NCBI GenBank assembly: GCA_020053595.1
Contig: JAGVMV010000046.1
Span: 197 to 64,196 of the forward strand
Reading direction: 5' to 3'
Origin: Thermoleophilia bacterium
GTDB lineage: Bacteria; Actinomycetota; Thermoleophilia; BMS3ABIN01
Length of the DNA: 64,000 nt
Made by a program: the position numbers and the translations under genes. The notes beneath the pieces are model-generated. The model ran no database searches. It was not told where the DNA came from and saw only the letters and a program-made list of their open reading frames with translations. Positions 9,440 to 19,577 of this stretch are shown one piece after another. Position 1 is the first letter of the stretch, and each line of letters starts with the position of its first letter.

Positions 9440-10692
9440 CGAAGATACTCCCTCGGATCGGCTATCTCCCCGGCGATAGCCGTTGCTGCCGCGGTTGCCG
9501 GAGATCCGAGGTAGATGAACGCCTCGGCATTTCCCATTCTGCCCTGAAAATTTCGGTTCTGGGTGGCAAGACAGACCTCGCCATCACCCAGGATGCCACC
9601 GTGGACTCCCACGCAGGCGCCACAACCAGGACCGGTGACCAAGGCGCCTGCTTCCGCGAAGACCTCCAGCAGGCCCTCGGATGCGGCCTGGATATATACC
9701 GAGCGTGATGCCGGGGTCACAATCAGCCGCGTGTCCGGGTTTCGCTGCCTGCCCCGCAAAATATCCGCTGCGATCCGCAAATCCTCGATGCGCCCGTTTG
9801 TGCAGGTGCCGATAAAAACCTGGTCCACCCTGGTTCCGGCGGCCTCGCCGATAGTCTTCGTATTATCAACAGTATGCGGAGCTGATATGGTCGGCTCCAG
9901 GGTTCCGGCGTCGATTTCCACGGTCCGGGTGTATTCAGCGTCCTCGTCTGCCTTCAGTTCCTGGAAGCATTCTTCACGCCCCTGCTCCAGCAGCCAGCCG
10001 CGGGTCTTCTCATCAGAGGCAAACAGACCCGTCTTGGCGCCGGCTTCGACTGCCATGTTGCAAAGCGTGAACCGTTCAGACATGGTCATGGCTTCAGCGC
10101 CGGGTCCGGCAAACTCCAGAGCCATGTAAGTGGCGCCATCGGCGCCGATATCGCCGATCAAACTCAGGATTAGATCTTTCGCGTAAACGCCTCTGTTGAG
10201 CTTCCCGGTTATCACCACACGCAACGTTTCCGGCACCTTGAGCCAGGTTTTGCCGGTGGCGATACCGATACCCACATCCGTTGAACCCATGCCGGTGGAA
10301 AAAGCCGCCAGGGCGCCGGAGGTGCAGGTATGTGAATCGGCCCCGATAAGGATATCTCCGGGCGAAGCATAGCTTTCCACCAGACGCTGGTGACAGACAC
10401 CTTCATTGATTTCAGAGAGCACCGCACCGGTTTTGGCGGCAAATTCACGCAGCGACATGTGAGCGTTTGAAAGTTCCTTGCGCGGGCTTGGAGCGGCGTG
10501 ATCGATAAAGAGTATCGTCTTCTCAGGGTTGTGTGCCCGGACCAGCCCCAGATCTTCCAGCTGCTGAAGCGCCAGCGGCCCTGTTCCGTCCTGTAGCGCT
10601 GTCACATCGACGCCGGTAACAACTATTTCGCCGGGTTTTACCGAACGGCCCACATGGGCGCCGATGATCTTTTCGGCAAGCGTACTAGTCAC
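9436..10692 (-). CDS. 3-isopropylmalate dehydratase/homoaconitase-family large subunit (LeuC/HacA-type)
   Basis: DSHTCT, GTCTNGR, PGCGAC, NRNFQGRMG ([4Fe-4S] ligands). Confidence 0.93.
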   Translation of the reverse strand: MTSTLAEKIIGAHVGRSVKPGEIVVTGVDVTALQDGTGPLALQQLEDLGLVRAHNPEKTILFIDHAAPSPRKELSNAHMSLREFAAKTGAVLSEINEGVCHQRLVESYASPGDILIGADSHTCTSGALAAFSTGMGSTDVGIGIATGKTWLKVPETLRVVITGKLNRGVYAKDLILSLIGDIGADGATYMALEFAGPGAEAMTMSERFTLCNMAVEAGAKTGLFASDEKTRGWLLEQGREECFQELKADEDAEYTRTVEIDAGTLEPTISAPHTVDNTKTIGEAAGTRVDQVFIGTCTNGRIEDLRIAADILRGRQRNPDTRLIVTPASRSVYIQAASEGLLEVFAEAGALVTGPGCGACVGVHGGILGDGEVCLATQNRNFQGRMGNAEAFIYLGSPATAAATAIAGEIADPREYLR

Positions 10693-11902
10693 TGCTTGCC
10701 CCAGAAGACTCCTTGTGAGCCTTGTAATCCTTATAGATATAGATGAGCTCTTTCTCGAAGAGGCCGCGCTTTAACTCAACCGCCAGCTTGCGGGAAAGAC
10801 GCAATATCTCCGTACAGTCATCGTCATCGAGCTCGATGGCGAATTCCTGGAACTTCCTCTTGATTGAGCGCGTGCCGGAATGCTTGCCGACGACCAGCTG
10901 GCGTTCGAGGCCCACCTCTTCCGGCGTGAACACCTCGTAATTGAGCGGGTTCTTGATAACGCCATCGGCGTGGATCCCTGACTCGTGGGCAAAGACGTTG
11001 GCGCCGACGATCGGCTTCCATACCGGAATGGCGCGCGAAGAAGCATTAGCCACATACTCTGACAGTTCCCGGAAGCGCTCGGTTTTGAGCCCGAGGTCGA
11101 CTTTGGAAATGTACTTGAGCGCCATCACGACCTCCTCGAGGGCCGCGTTTCCCGCCCTCTCCCCCAGGCCGTTGACGGTCGTATTTACATAGTGGGCGCC
11201 GGCCTTGATGCCGGCGATGGCATTGGCGGTAGCCATTCCGAAATCGTTATGCGTGTGCATCTCGATCTCAATCTCCGCGTTTTTGCGTAGAAATGAGACC
11301 ACGTTAAAAGTGTCGAAGGGGTCGAGGATGCCGACTGTGTCACAGAATCGTACGCGGTCCGCGCCGCACTCCTTGGCGGAGCGGGCAAAACGCACCAGGA
11401 AATCCAGATCCGCGCGCGAGGCGTCCTCGGCGTTCACCGACACGTAGAGGTCGTGTTTCTTGGCGAAGGCCACCGCTTTTTTAATACTTTCCAGTACCCA
11501 GTTGCGAGACTTCTTCAGCTTGTGCTCGATGTGAATATCCGAAGCCGACATGGAGATGGCTACAGCGTTGACGCCGCAGTCGATCGAGTGCTGGATATCA
11601 TCGATAACCGCCCGGTTCCAGGCGAGGATGCTGGCATTCAGATTAAGGCCGGCGATGTGCTTGATGGTCTCTTTCTCATCGCCAAGCATGGCGGGTATGC
11701 CGACTTCGATCTGGTGCACCCCCACCTCATCCAGCAAGCGGGCGATTCGCACTTTCTCCTGGTTGGCAAAGACCACACCGGCGGTCTGCTCGCCGTCGCG
11801 CAACGTCGTGTCATCGATTTTGATCTTCTTCTCAAGACCTGGCTCGATGCCTTGCAGGATAAAACTATGTAGATGATTTTCAGACGGTGGTTTCATTTTC
11901 AC
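10685..11902 (-). CDS. NifV-like homocitrate synthase / Re-citrate synthase (DRE-TIM family)
   Basis: DTTLRDGEQ, HTHNDFG, GLGERAGNA, HESGIH, GKHSG; no LeuA regulatory domain. Confidence 0.88.
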   Translation of the reverse strand: MKMKPPSENHLHSFILQGIEPGLEKKIKIDDTTLRDGEQTAGVVFANQEKVRIARLLDEVGVHQIEVGIPAMLGDEKETIKHIAGLNLNASILAWNRAVIDDIQHSIDCGVNAVAISMSASDIHIEHKLKKSRNWVLESIKKAVAFAKKHDLYVSVNAEDASRADLDFLVRFARSAKECGADRVRFCDTVGILDPFDTFNVVSFLRKNAEIEIEMHTHNDFGMATANAIAGIKAGAHYVNTTVNGLGERAGNAALEEVVMALKYISKVDLGLKTERFRELSEYVANASSRAIPVWKPIVGANVFAHESGIHADGVIKNPLNYEVFTPEEVGLERQLVVGKHSGTRSIKRKFQEFAIELDDDDCTEILRLSRKLAVELKRGLFEKELIYIYKDYKAHKESSGASSD

Positions 11903-12080
11903 CCGGTGGGATATTCTCTTTTAACAACAATACCCGCCTCGATCCTTGGAAGCGGCTGTTACGAGGTATTCAATAAAATACATTATTCTTGCTGCTCTTG
12001 CTAGCTTACAACATAATCCAGCCGATGCCAGCACCTCGGAAGCCGTCTACCGGTAAGCTGACCAGGTGCGGGGCCGGTTC

Positions 12081-13529
12081 TCAGCCGGTCAGTTTTTTCT
12101 TCAGCAGCTCATTCACCAGCTTGGGGTTGGCGCGCCCCTGGGTAGCTTTCATCACTTGACCGACGAAAAAGCCGATTACCTGCTCCTTGCCTGCCCGATA
12201 CTGCTCCACCTGGCTGGGATTTCCGGATATGGCCGTGTCGATCAGGGCCTCAAGCTCGGATTCATCCGATATCTGGGTAAGACCCTTCTCATCAATGATT
12301 TCTTCGGGGCTCTTGCCGGTATCGCACATCTCGGCGAAAACATCCTTGCCAACGTTGGCACTCACCTTTCCCGAGGTAACCAGCGTCAACAGCGCGGCCA
12401 GCGACTCTGGCGCAACCTTGCAGGCGGAGAGCTCCTGTCCGGTTGCGTTGAGGTAGCCGAGCAGTTCGCCCATCACCCAGTTGCTGACAGTCTTTGCGTC
12501 TTTAAAATGTTCCAGGCAAGCCTCGTAATAGTCAGCCAGTTCCCTGCTCGCGGTCAATACCTCGGCGTCATATTCGGGCAAGCCAAGGGTATCCATGTAG
12601 CGCAAAGCCCTGGTCTCCGGCAGCTCGGGCATCTCCGCCCTCACCTCTTCCACGAATTCATCCGAGACGATTAACGGCACCAGGTCGGGTTCGGGGAAAT
12701 ATCGGTAATCGTGGGCGAACTCCTTGGAGCGCAGTGAGCTGATCTCGCCACTGGTGACGTCGAAGTGTACCGTCTGCTGCACGACTTTCTCGCCGCTCTC
12801 CAGGAGATCGATCTGACGGGAAATCTCCTGCGTAAGTCCTTTTTCGATGTACTTGAAACTATTCATGTTCTTGAGCTCGGTCTTGACGCCGAGTTCGGTT
12901 TCACCAACCCGCCTTACCGATATATTGGCGTCGCAGCGAAGCGAGCCCTCCTCCATGTTGCAGTCGGAAACATCCAGATATTGCAGGGTGTTCTTCAGCT
13001 TGTTCAGGAAGGCCCGGGCCACCTGAGGTGAAGTGATTTCCGGCTTGGTGACGATCTCAACCAGCGGTGTGCCGGAACGGTTGAAGTCGATTAATGAATA
13101 AAGTGATCCGGCGATGCGCCCGCTTTCTCCGGCGTGGATGTTCTTGGCCGTATCTTCCTCCTGATGGACGCGTTCGATACCGATTTTGTGCATCTTTCCG
13201 TGCACTCCGACATTCACATGGCCTTCAACGGCATACGGCTGGTCATACTGTGAAATCTGGTAGCCCTTGGGAAGATCCGGATAAAAATAATTCTTTCGAT
13301 GAAAGATACTCTTTGCAGAGATTTCACAATCCAGCGAAAGCGCGATGCGTGTCAGGTATCGAATTGCCTGACGGTTCATCACCGGCAGCGCACCCGGGTG
13401 CGCCAGGCAGACCGGGCAGGTGCGCACGTTCGGCTCACCGCCGAACTGAACCTGGCAGCCGCAGAACATCTTGCTCCTGGTGGAAAGCTCTACATGTATT
13501 TCCAGACCGATTACCGGTTCGTAAACCAT
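12081..13529 (-). CDS. gatB: Asp/Glu-tRNA amidotransferase subunit B
   Basis: IGLEIHVEL, YFYPDLPKGYQISQ, LRCDANIS, DYRYFPEPDL. Confidence 0.97.
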   Translation of the reverse strand: MVYEPVIGLEIHVELSTRSKMFCGCQVQFGGEPNVRTCPVCLAHPGALPVMNRQAIRYLTRIALSLDCEISAKSIFHRKNYFYPDLPKGYQISQYDQPYAVEGHVNVGVHGKMHKIGIERVHQEEDTAKNIHAGESGRIAGSLYSLIDFNRSGTPLVEIVTKPEITSPQVARAFLNKLKNTLQYLDVSDCNMEEGSLRCDANISVRRVGETELGVKTELKNMNSFKYIEKGLTQEISRQIDLLESGEKVVQQTVHFDVTSGEISSLRSKEFAHDYRYFPEPDLVPLIVSDEFVEEVRAEMPELPETRALRYMDTLGLPEYDAEVLTASRELADYYEACLEHFKDAKTVSNWVMGELLGYLNATGQELSACKVAPESLAALLTLVTSGKVSANVGKDVFAEMCDTGKSPEEIIDEKGLTQISDESELEALIDTAISGNPSQVEQYRAGKEQVIGFFVGQVMKATQGRANPKLVNELLKKKLTG

Positions 13530-13628
13530 CTATTCCAGCTCCTGGATGAAGTTATCCCAAATCAGATAATTCCGGCATATGGGTAAATCAGGTTCAAGTC
13601 CCGAATTTCGCAGGCTCTTCGGATTCAT

Positions 13629-15086
13629 TCAGTCCTGCCCGGCGATAAGCGGTGATACGCTTTTGAAATCCATCAACTGTTCGGCGCTGTAAGCAGCCTG
13701 CAGAATGGCCGGCTCCGTAAAAGCCCGGCCGATAATCTGCAGCCCCACTGGAAGGCCCTCGGACAAGCCTGCCGGTATCGATATGGCCGGCAATCCGGCC
13801 AGGTTTACCGGTATCGTACAGATGTCTGATTTGTACATGGTCAGCGGGTCGCCGGTTTTTTCGTCCAGCCGGAAAGCGGTAGTCGGGGCTGATGGTGAGA
13901 CAAGCAGATCGAATTCACCCAGGGCCTTCTCGAAGTCCCTCACGATGAGGGTGCGGACCTTCTGGGCCTGCCCGTAATACGCTTCATAATATCCGGAAGA
14001 AAGCGCGTAGGTTCCGAGCATGATCCGGCGTTTGACCTCCTCGCCGAAACCAAGGCTTCGCGTCTCCTCATACATTTCCGTGACATCGTTCGTGCCCCCG
14101 GCCCGCAGCCCGAATCGTACGCCGTCAAAACGCGCCAGGTTGGCGCTGGCCTCGGCCGGAGCCAGGATGTAATACGCCGGCAGGGCATAAGCTGAATGAG
14201 GCAGGCTGGCCTCGCCGACAATGGCGCCGGCGGCCTCCATCTTTTGCACCGTCTCGTTAAACACCTTCATCACCCCGGGGTCGATCCCCTCCCCCACCAG
14301 TTCCTTAACTACCCCCAGGCGTACGCCAGAAAGATCTCGATCTTCCGGTAGCGTAATTTTCTCTGGATGTTCAATAGAAGTGGAGTCCAGCGGATCCTTG
14401 CCGACCAGAAAACGCAGCATTAGCGCCGCGTCGGTGACATTTCTGGTAATCGGCCCAACCTGGTCAAACGAAGAAGCAAACGCGACCAGCCCGTAGCGGG
14501 ATACGCTGCCGTATGTTGGCTTCAGCCCGACGACGCCGCAAAAAGCGGCCGGCTGCCTGATTGAGCCGCCCGTGTCGGAACCAAGGGCCCAGATCGCCTC
14601 TCCGGCTGCAACCGCCGCCGCCGAACCACCGCTGGAGCCTCCCGGGACGCGTCCCAGGTCCCAGGGATTCCGTGTGGGTCCATAGGCGGAGTTCTCTGTG
14701 GATGAGCCCATGGCGAACTCATCCATATTGGTTTTTCCCAGCATGACGATGCCGGCATCCTGCATCTGACGGACGCAGGTTGCGGTATAGAAAGGTTTGT
14801 AGTTTTCCAGCATCCGTGAAGCGCAGGTCGTCGTGACTCCTCGCGTGCAGAGCACATCCTTGACCGCTGTCGGCAGGCCCGCCAGCTCAGGTCGGTCTTC
14901 CGCCAGCTGATCAACCGCCGCGGCTTCCTCTCGAGCGCTTGTGCCGGTCACGTTCAGATAGGCGAAAACATCCTTGTCGTGGCGCTCGATCTGGGCCAGG
15001 CAGGCATCGGTGAGTTCGGAAGAGGTCAGCTCTTTTTTCCCGATCAGGGCAAGAGCTTCCACAGCTGTCAGCCGCAGCAGGTTCAA
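13629..15086 (-). CDS. gatA: Asp/Glu-tRNA amidotransferase subunit A
   Basis: GKTNMDEFAMGSS, GGSSGGS, GSDTGGSIRQP. TTG start just after the gatC stop. Confidence 0.96.
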   Translation of the reverse strand: MNLLRLTAVEALALIGKKELTSSELTDACLAQIERHDKDVFAYLNVTGTSAREEAAAVDQLAEDRPELAGLPTAVKDVLCTRGVTTTCASRMLENYKPFYTATCVRQMQDAGIVMLGKTNMDEFAMGSSTENSAYGPTRNPWDLGRVPGGSSGGSAAAVAAGEAIWALGSDTGGSIRQPAAFCGVVGLKPTYGSVSRYGLVAFASSFDQVGPITRNVTDAALMLRFLVGKDPLDSTSIEHPEKITLPEDRDLSGVRLGVVKELVGEGIDPGVMKVFNETVQKMEAAGAIVGEASLPHSAYALPAYYILAPAEASANLARFDGVRFGLRAGGTNDVTEMYEETRSLGFGEEVKRRIMLGTYALSSGYYEAYYGQAQKVRTLIVRDFEKALGEFDLLVSPSAPTTAFRLDEKTGDPLTMYKSDICTIPVNLAGLPAISIPAGLSEGLPVGLQIIGRAFTEPAILQAAYSAEQLMDFKSVSPLIAGQD

Positions 15087-15093
15087 AAGCGGA

Positions 15094-15381
15094 TCATGCC
15101 TCCAGAATCGGCGGCACCCGGAATGCCCCCCGTTCAACTTCGGGACCGTTGGCAAGAGCTTCTTCGCGTTCCACTGAGGGGCGTGGTTCATCCTCGCGAA
15201 AGACATTCGCCAGCCCGATCACATGGGAAGTCGGTTCCACGCCGGAAAGGTCGAGCTCGGATATCTTGTCTATGTGTTCGAGGATACCTGATAGCTGGCG
15301 GGCAAAACGGTCAAGCTCGTCCGGTCCGACCTTCAGCCGGGCCAACTTGGCAACATATTTGACATCTTCATGAGAAACCAA
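15094..15381 (-). CDS. gatC: Asp/Glu-tRNA amidotransferase subunit C
   Basis: VAKLARL...NVFRED...FRVP, directly upstream of gatA. Confidence 0.95.
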   Translation of the reverse strand: MVSHEDVKYVAKLARLKVGPDELDRFARQLSGILEHIDKISELDLSGVEPTSHVIGLANVFREDEPRPSVEREEALANGPEVERGAFRVPPILEA

Positions 15382-15546
15382 GTCCCAATCCTTTCATTCA
15401 CCAGAAAAGCCGCACGAACCGAACCGTGTCAGCAGTTGAAAATCTTATCACAACCCCCGTTCCGACTCCCCATCCTTTTCAACTTCCACTCAGAGAAATT
15501 TACGGAGGGTCCTGCGAGCAGTTTTTTAGGCGTTGGAACTACTGAG

Positions 15547-16989
15547 TCAGGTTTCCATGCTGCCCAGATTCTCTACCTTCCACTCGCAGAGGTTTACGAG
15601 TGAATCGATATCGAATGCATCCAGGTCAAGCTCCCAGCGGCTGGGCAAATCCTGCTTCAGAGCTTTGGCCGCGTTACGGTATTCCATTACGGCCGATTTA
15701 AAGCGGCCCAGCCGTTCCATGGCGTTTGCGACATGGAAATATGCCAGGCTATAGGTGTTGTCACAGCAGATCGCCCGACGGAAAGCCTCCACGGAAAGCT
15801 CGAGGTCATTGCTGCGCTCATGGGCCAGTCCCAGGAGGAAATGAACCTCCACCGTATCACTATTTTGCTTGACAGCATCGTTTAACAGCTCGATCGCCTT
15901 CTCGTATTCTCCAAGATCAATGCTCGCGCGGGCTTTCATAATCAACGGATCGGCTTGAGCTGATTTTGACTCGTTGATACCGGAATCAACTTCTGGACTC
16001 TTGGAATCGACAAGATCCTGTGCCTGCCGCACGTTTCGTCTGCCGCCCTCAACGCGCCGGTCAGTCACTACATCCGGTGGCATCGGTAATCCTCTCAGGC
16101 GGCGGTCCGGGATAAAACGCCTGCCCTCAATTGAACGTGGCAGCGACTTCTTATAGATAAACGCGTCTCCCATCTCTACCAGGCTGTACTTGGCCGACAT
16201 TTTCCAGAGCGTCTCGGAATGACCGAGGAAAAGGTAGCCGCCGGGATTAAGTATGTCAAAAAAATGCTCGATCACGTATTTGGCTGTTTCGTGGGTGAAA
16301 TATATGATGACATTCCGGCAAAAGACAAAGTCGCAAGTACCGAAGATGCTGACCGGAAGGGAGTCGGTAACCATGTTGTGCCGTGTAAAATGGACCATCC
16401 GCCGCAACGGTTCGGCCACAACGTAGCCACCATCACTTTCGCGAAAATATCTTTCACGATGGTTGCGGTCGATGCCGGTAAGCTTTCTTTCCTGGTACCA
16501 CCCTCTCTCGGCTATGGCCAGTGCGTTCTCGCTCAGATCTGTCCCGAGAATTTGTATGTTCCAGCTTTCCGCGTCCGGTAACACGTCGAGTACGGCCATC
16601 GCCAGCGAGTAAGGTTCCTGTCCGGTGGAGCATCCGGCGCTCCAGAAACGCAGATTGCGGTAACCATTTGACTTACGCTGTACGATTTCCGGAATAACAT
16701 ACTTGCGCAGGGCGTCGAACTGTGGCAGGTTGCGAAAGAATTGAGTCTCCTGCACAGAAAGATGGTCGAGTAACCGGCGTAGTTCTACCTCCCGATCCGG
16801 CAAGCTGGTCAGCTGCTCATAATATTCAGTAAGCGTCTCGGCGCCGACCGCGTCTGCCCGATCGGTTAAACCGAGACGCAGCAGGTCTCGTTTGCCCCGG
16901 TCAAAGAATATACCGCTGGTTTGGTTGATCAGCTTGCGGAAGCGCTCGAAATCTTCCTCGGTCAGCTCGAAATGTTTAGATGGCATCAT
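15547..16989 (-). CDS. cheR: CheR methyltransferase with C-terminal TPRs (WspC-like)
   Basis: ETQFFR, WSAGCSTGQEPYS, CRNVIIYF, LGHSE; TPR helices at the C-terminus. Confidence 0.93.
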   Translation of the reverse strand: MMPSKHFELTEEDFERFRKLINQTSGIFFDRGKRDLLRLGLTDRADAVGAETLTEYYEQLTSLPDREVELRRLLDHLSVQETQFFRNLPQFDALRKYVIPEIVQRKSNGYRNLRFWSAGCSTGQEPYSLAMAVLDVLPDAESWNIQILGTDLSENALAIAERGWYQERKLTGIDRNHRERYFRESDGGYVVAEPLRRMVHFTRHNMVTDSLPVSIFGTCDFVFCRNVIIYFTHETAKYVIEHFFDILNPGGYLFLGHSETLWKMSAKYSLVEMGDAFIYKKSLPRSIEGRRFIPDRRLRGLPMPPDVVTDRRVEGGRRNVRQAQDLVDSKSPEVDSGINESKSAQADPLIMKARASIDLGEYEKAIELLNDAVKQNSDTVEVHFLLGLAHERSNDLELSVEAFRRAICCDNTYSLAYFHVANAMERLGRFKSAVMEYRNAAKALKQDLPSRWELDLDAFDIDSLVNLCEWKVENLGSMET

Positions 16990-18484
16990 TGGCCCCGCCC
17001 GTGACTATTCTGTTCTTTCCCGCCGTTTTCGCCTCGTACATGGCGGCATCGGCCATCTGCACCAGCTCTGTCTGATTATCAACACCGCACTCGGGATAGG
17101 CGGCAATGCCCAGGCTGACTGTCATCCTGATTTTACCCTCCGGGGTCACAAATTCGTTGCTCTCAACCGATTGCCTGATTCTCTCAGCAACCGGTTTGGC
17201 CTGATCCACAGCCGTCTGTGGCAGGAGCACGGCAAATTCTTCGCCACCGTACCTGGCCAAAATATCTATGTCTCTGATCTGTCGCTGAATAACGATTGCC
17301 ATCTCCTTGAGAATGTCATCCCCAACCTGGTGGCCATAGGTGTCATTGATGTGCTTGAAAAAATCGATATCGATCATAATCATCGAAAGATTTGTCTTGT
17401 AACGCCTGCTGCGCATGAATTCCTGTTCAAGAAGTTCATAGAAATGCCGGTGATTGAACAGACGCGTCAGACCATCCGTAATTGCCAGTCTTTTCGTACC
17501 CTCATGAAGCCTCGCGTTATCGACCACGACGCTGGCGGGATGTTCCACGATTTCCAGCACTCGCTGGATATCTTCACTGAAGGCATCAGAACGCGGGCTG
17601 TTGATAGTGAGTACCGCTATCGTCTTTCCGCGCGCCTGGAGAGGTATCGATAGAGTGGATCGCAAGGCATCGCATTCAGGGTGCTCGCCCTTCAGGAAAA
17701 CGGGATCAGCGTCGATGGTCATCTTCACCTGATTCAGCGTCGTACCTTTGTGAAGATATTCCATGGCAGCTTCAAATGCATGCATACGCGATAGTTCAAA
17801 ATAGTCGTTTCCTACCGGGTTTTCTACATGAATGATCAGCTCCAGTTCATCTATCAGAAAAACAGACGAAACATAACATTCGGAAACTTTGGCTATGACG
17901 GTGAGCACAGAGCTGACCGTTACCGCGCAATCCTCGCTAAGAGTATTGAGCTTGCTGATCTCATTAATAATCGTTGCCTCGTAAAGCTTTCTATCTAGTA
18001 GCTCATTCACCCGTGATAACACATCCGTATCTTCCTGCTTCATCAGGTTCCCGGCCCTGATATCCGGTTTGGAACTACCGGCTGTTATACCGTTCTGTTC
18101 CAGCATTTCATGGATGCTGGTAGCCAGCCCGGTCAACTTGAAGTCCTTGGTTACATAGCGATCGGCTCCGGTTTTCAGACCCCAGAATTTATCAGTTTCC
18201 TGTGACCTGCTTGTCAACATGACTACGGGAATATGGGCTGTGCGCCGGTCATCCTTGATTAATCGACACACCTGGTAACCGTTCATGCGAGGCATCTCGA
18301 TATCCAGCACCATGAGATCCGGGCTCTCGTCGAAAGCCCGGCTAACAGCCTCTATGCCATCTTTGGCCAGTATCACTTTGTAACCCTCCCGATGTAATAC
18401 CGACATGATTATCTGCCGCTGGGTAGGACTGTCCTCGGCGACGAGAATCCGATACCTGTTTTCCTGTTTTTGGATTGCTTCCAT
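16976..18484 (-). CDS. REC-GAF-GGDEF diguanylate cyclase (WspR-like output)
   Basis: N-terminal receiver (LDIEMP), GAF-like middle, DGLT, DIDFFK, RDID I-site and GGEEF. Confidence 0.92.
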   Translation of the reverse strand: MEAIQKQENRYRILVAEDSPTQRQIIMSVLHREGYKVILAKDGIEAVSRAFDESPDLMVLDIEMPRMNGYQVCRLIKDDRRTAHIPVVMLTSRSQETDKFWGLKTGADRYVTKDFKLTGLATSIHEMLEQNGITAGSSKPDIRAGNLMKQEDTDVLSRVNELLDRKLYEATIINEISKLNTLSEDCAVTVSSVLTVIAKVSECYVSSVFLIDELELIIHVENPVGNDYFELSRMHAFEAAMEYLHKGTTLNQVKMTIDADPVFLKGEHPECDALRSTLSIPLQARGKTIAVLTINSPRSDAFSEDIQRVLEIVEHPASVVVDNARLHEGTKRLAITDGLTRLFNHRHFYELLEQEFMRSRRYKTNLSMIMIDIDFFKHINDTYGHQVGDDILKEMAIVIQRQIRDIDILARYGGEEFAVLLPQTAVDQAKPVAERIRQSVESNEFVTPEGKIRMTVSLGIAAYPECGVDNQTELVQMADAAMYEAKTAGKNRIVTGGANDAI

Positions 18485-18487
18485 GAT

Positions 18488-19558
18488 TTAAGTGTATTCC
18501 ATGATCAGTCTGCTCACATCGGAAAGTGGCGCCACCCTCTCAATGCCGCCAAGCTTGATGGCCTCCTTCGCCATACTGAATATCACAGACGTGTTCTCAT
18601 CCTGGGCTATCGTATGGCCACCCTGATCGTGAATCGCCTTCATTCCCTGGGCGCCGTCCCTTCCCATCCCCGTGAGAATGACCCCTATCGAGTCTTTTCC
18701 ATATGCAACGGCAACTGATTCCAAAAGCACGTCTACTGATGGTTTGTGAGGGCCCGGTATCTGCCGTTCAACAAGGTTGATGAGACCTCCTTTTGAAACG
18801 ATCATGTGAATTCCATCAGGAGCGATGACTACCTCACCGTTCTGTATCTTGTGACCATCCGAACCCAATATCACTTTAAGTTTGCAGCTGCCTGACAGCC
18901 ATTCAATCAGCCCTTCCGTGAAGCCCCTGGCGATATGCTGAACAATGACAACGCCGGCTTTGAAGTTGCCAGGCAGGCTACAGAGAATATTTTGAAGAGC
19001 CTGGGGTCCTCCGGTCGATGAGCCGATAGCTACAAGTTTTTGTCCTTCCAGAGCACTGGCCGAGCCAGGAACTGGCTGAAATTCGTGCAGATGTTTCAAA
19101 AGCCGCGCCCGGGGATGAGTAATGACCCGCACCCGTGAAAGTAGTTTGATCTTGGCTCGTAAATCAGCTGCTACGTCGTTGAATTCGTCAATTGATTTGG
19201 GTGTCGGCTTGCTGATTACATCAACAGCGCCAGCTCCCAGAGCTCTGGCTGCGTTGGCCGTGTTCTCCTTATCGACGACCGAACTTACAACCAGTACCGG
19301 CACCGGATTGTAGGCCATTATGTGTTCGATAGCCGAAAGCCCGTCCATGACCGGCATGTTTACATCCATGGTGACCAGATCTGGATCAAGCGCCGCGACC
19401 TGTTCAATGGCCTCCCTTCCATTACCGGCGGTTCCAACCACCTTGATGTCCGGATCCATCTCCAGCATGCGACACAGCATTAGCCGCACGGTCTGGGAGT
19501 CATCCGCGACCAGAACCCGCACTTTCTTCGTTTCCTTTAATTTTAAGTGAGCTTCCAT
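18488..19558 (-). CDS. cheB: Chemotaxis methylesterase with receiver domain
   Basis: REC (MDVNMP) plus GSSTGG, VQH, PSVD, LTGMGRDG. Confidence 0.95.
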   Translation of the reverse strand: MEAHLKLKETKKVRVLVADDSQTVRLMLCRMLEMDPDIKVVGTAGNGREAIEQVAALDPDLVTMDVNMPVMDGLSAIEHIMAYNPVPVLVVSSVVDKENTANAARALGAGAVDVISKPTPKSIDEFNDVAADLRAKIKLLSRVRVITHPRARLLKHLHEFQPVPGSASALEGQKLVAIGSSTGGPQALQNILCSLPGNFKAGVVIVQHIARGFTEGLIEWLSGSCKLKVILGSDGHKIQNGEVVIAPDGIHMIVSKGGLINLVERQIPGPHKPSVDVLLESVAVAYGKDSIGVILTGMGRDGAQGMKAIHDQGGHTIAQDENTSVIFSMAKEAIKLGGIERVAPLSDVSRLIMEYT

Positions 19559-19577
19559 TAATTTCAGGTAGACGACT

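Noticed and set aside
11903..12000. Hairpin in the NifV-like gene leader as a possible riboswitch or ANTAR element
   Set aside because: Only a modest stem; no recognisable family motif.
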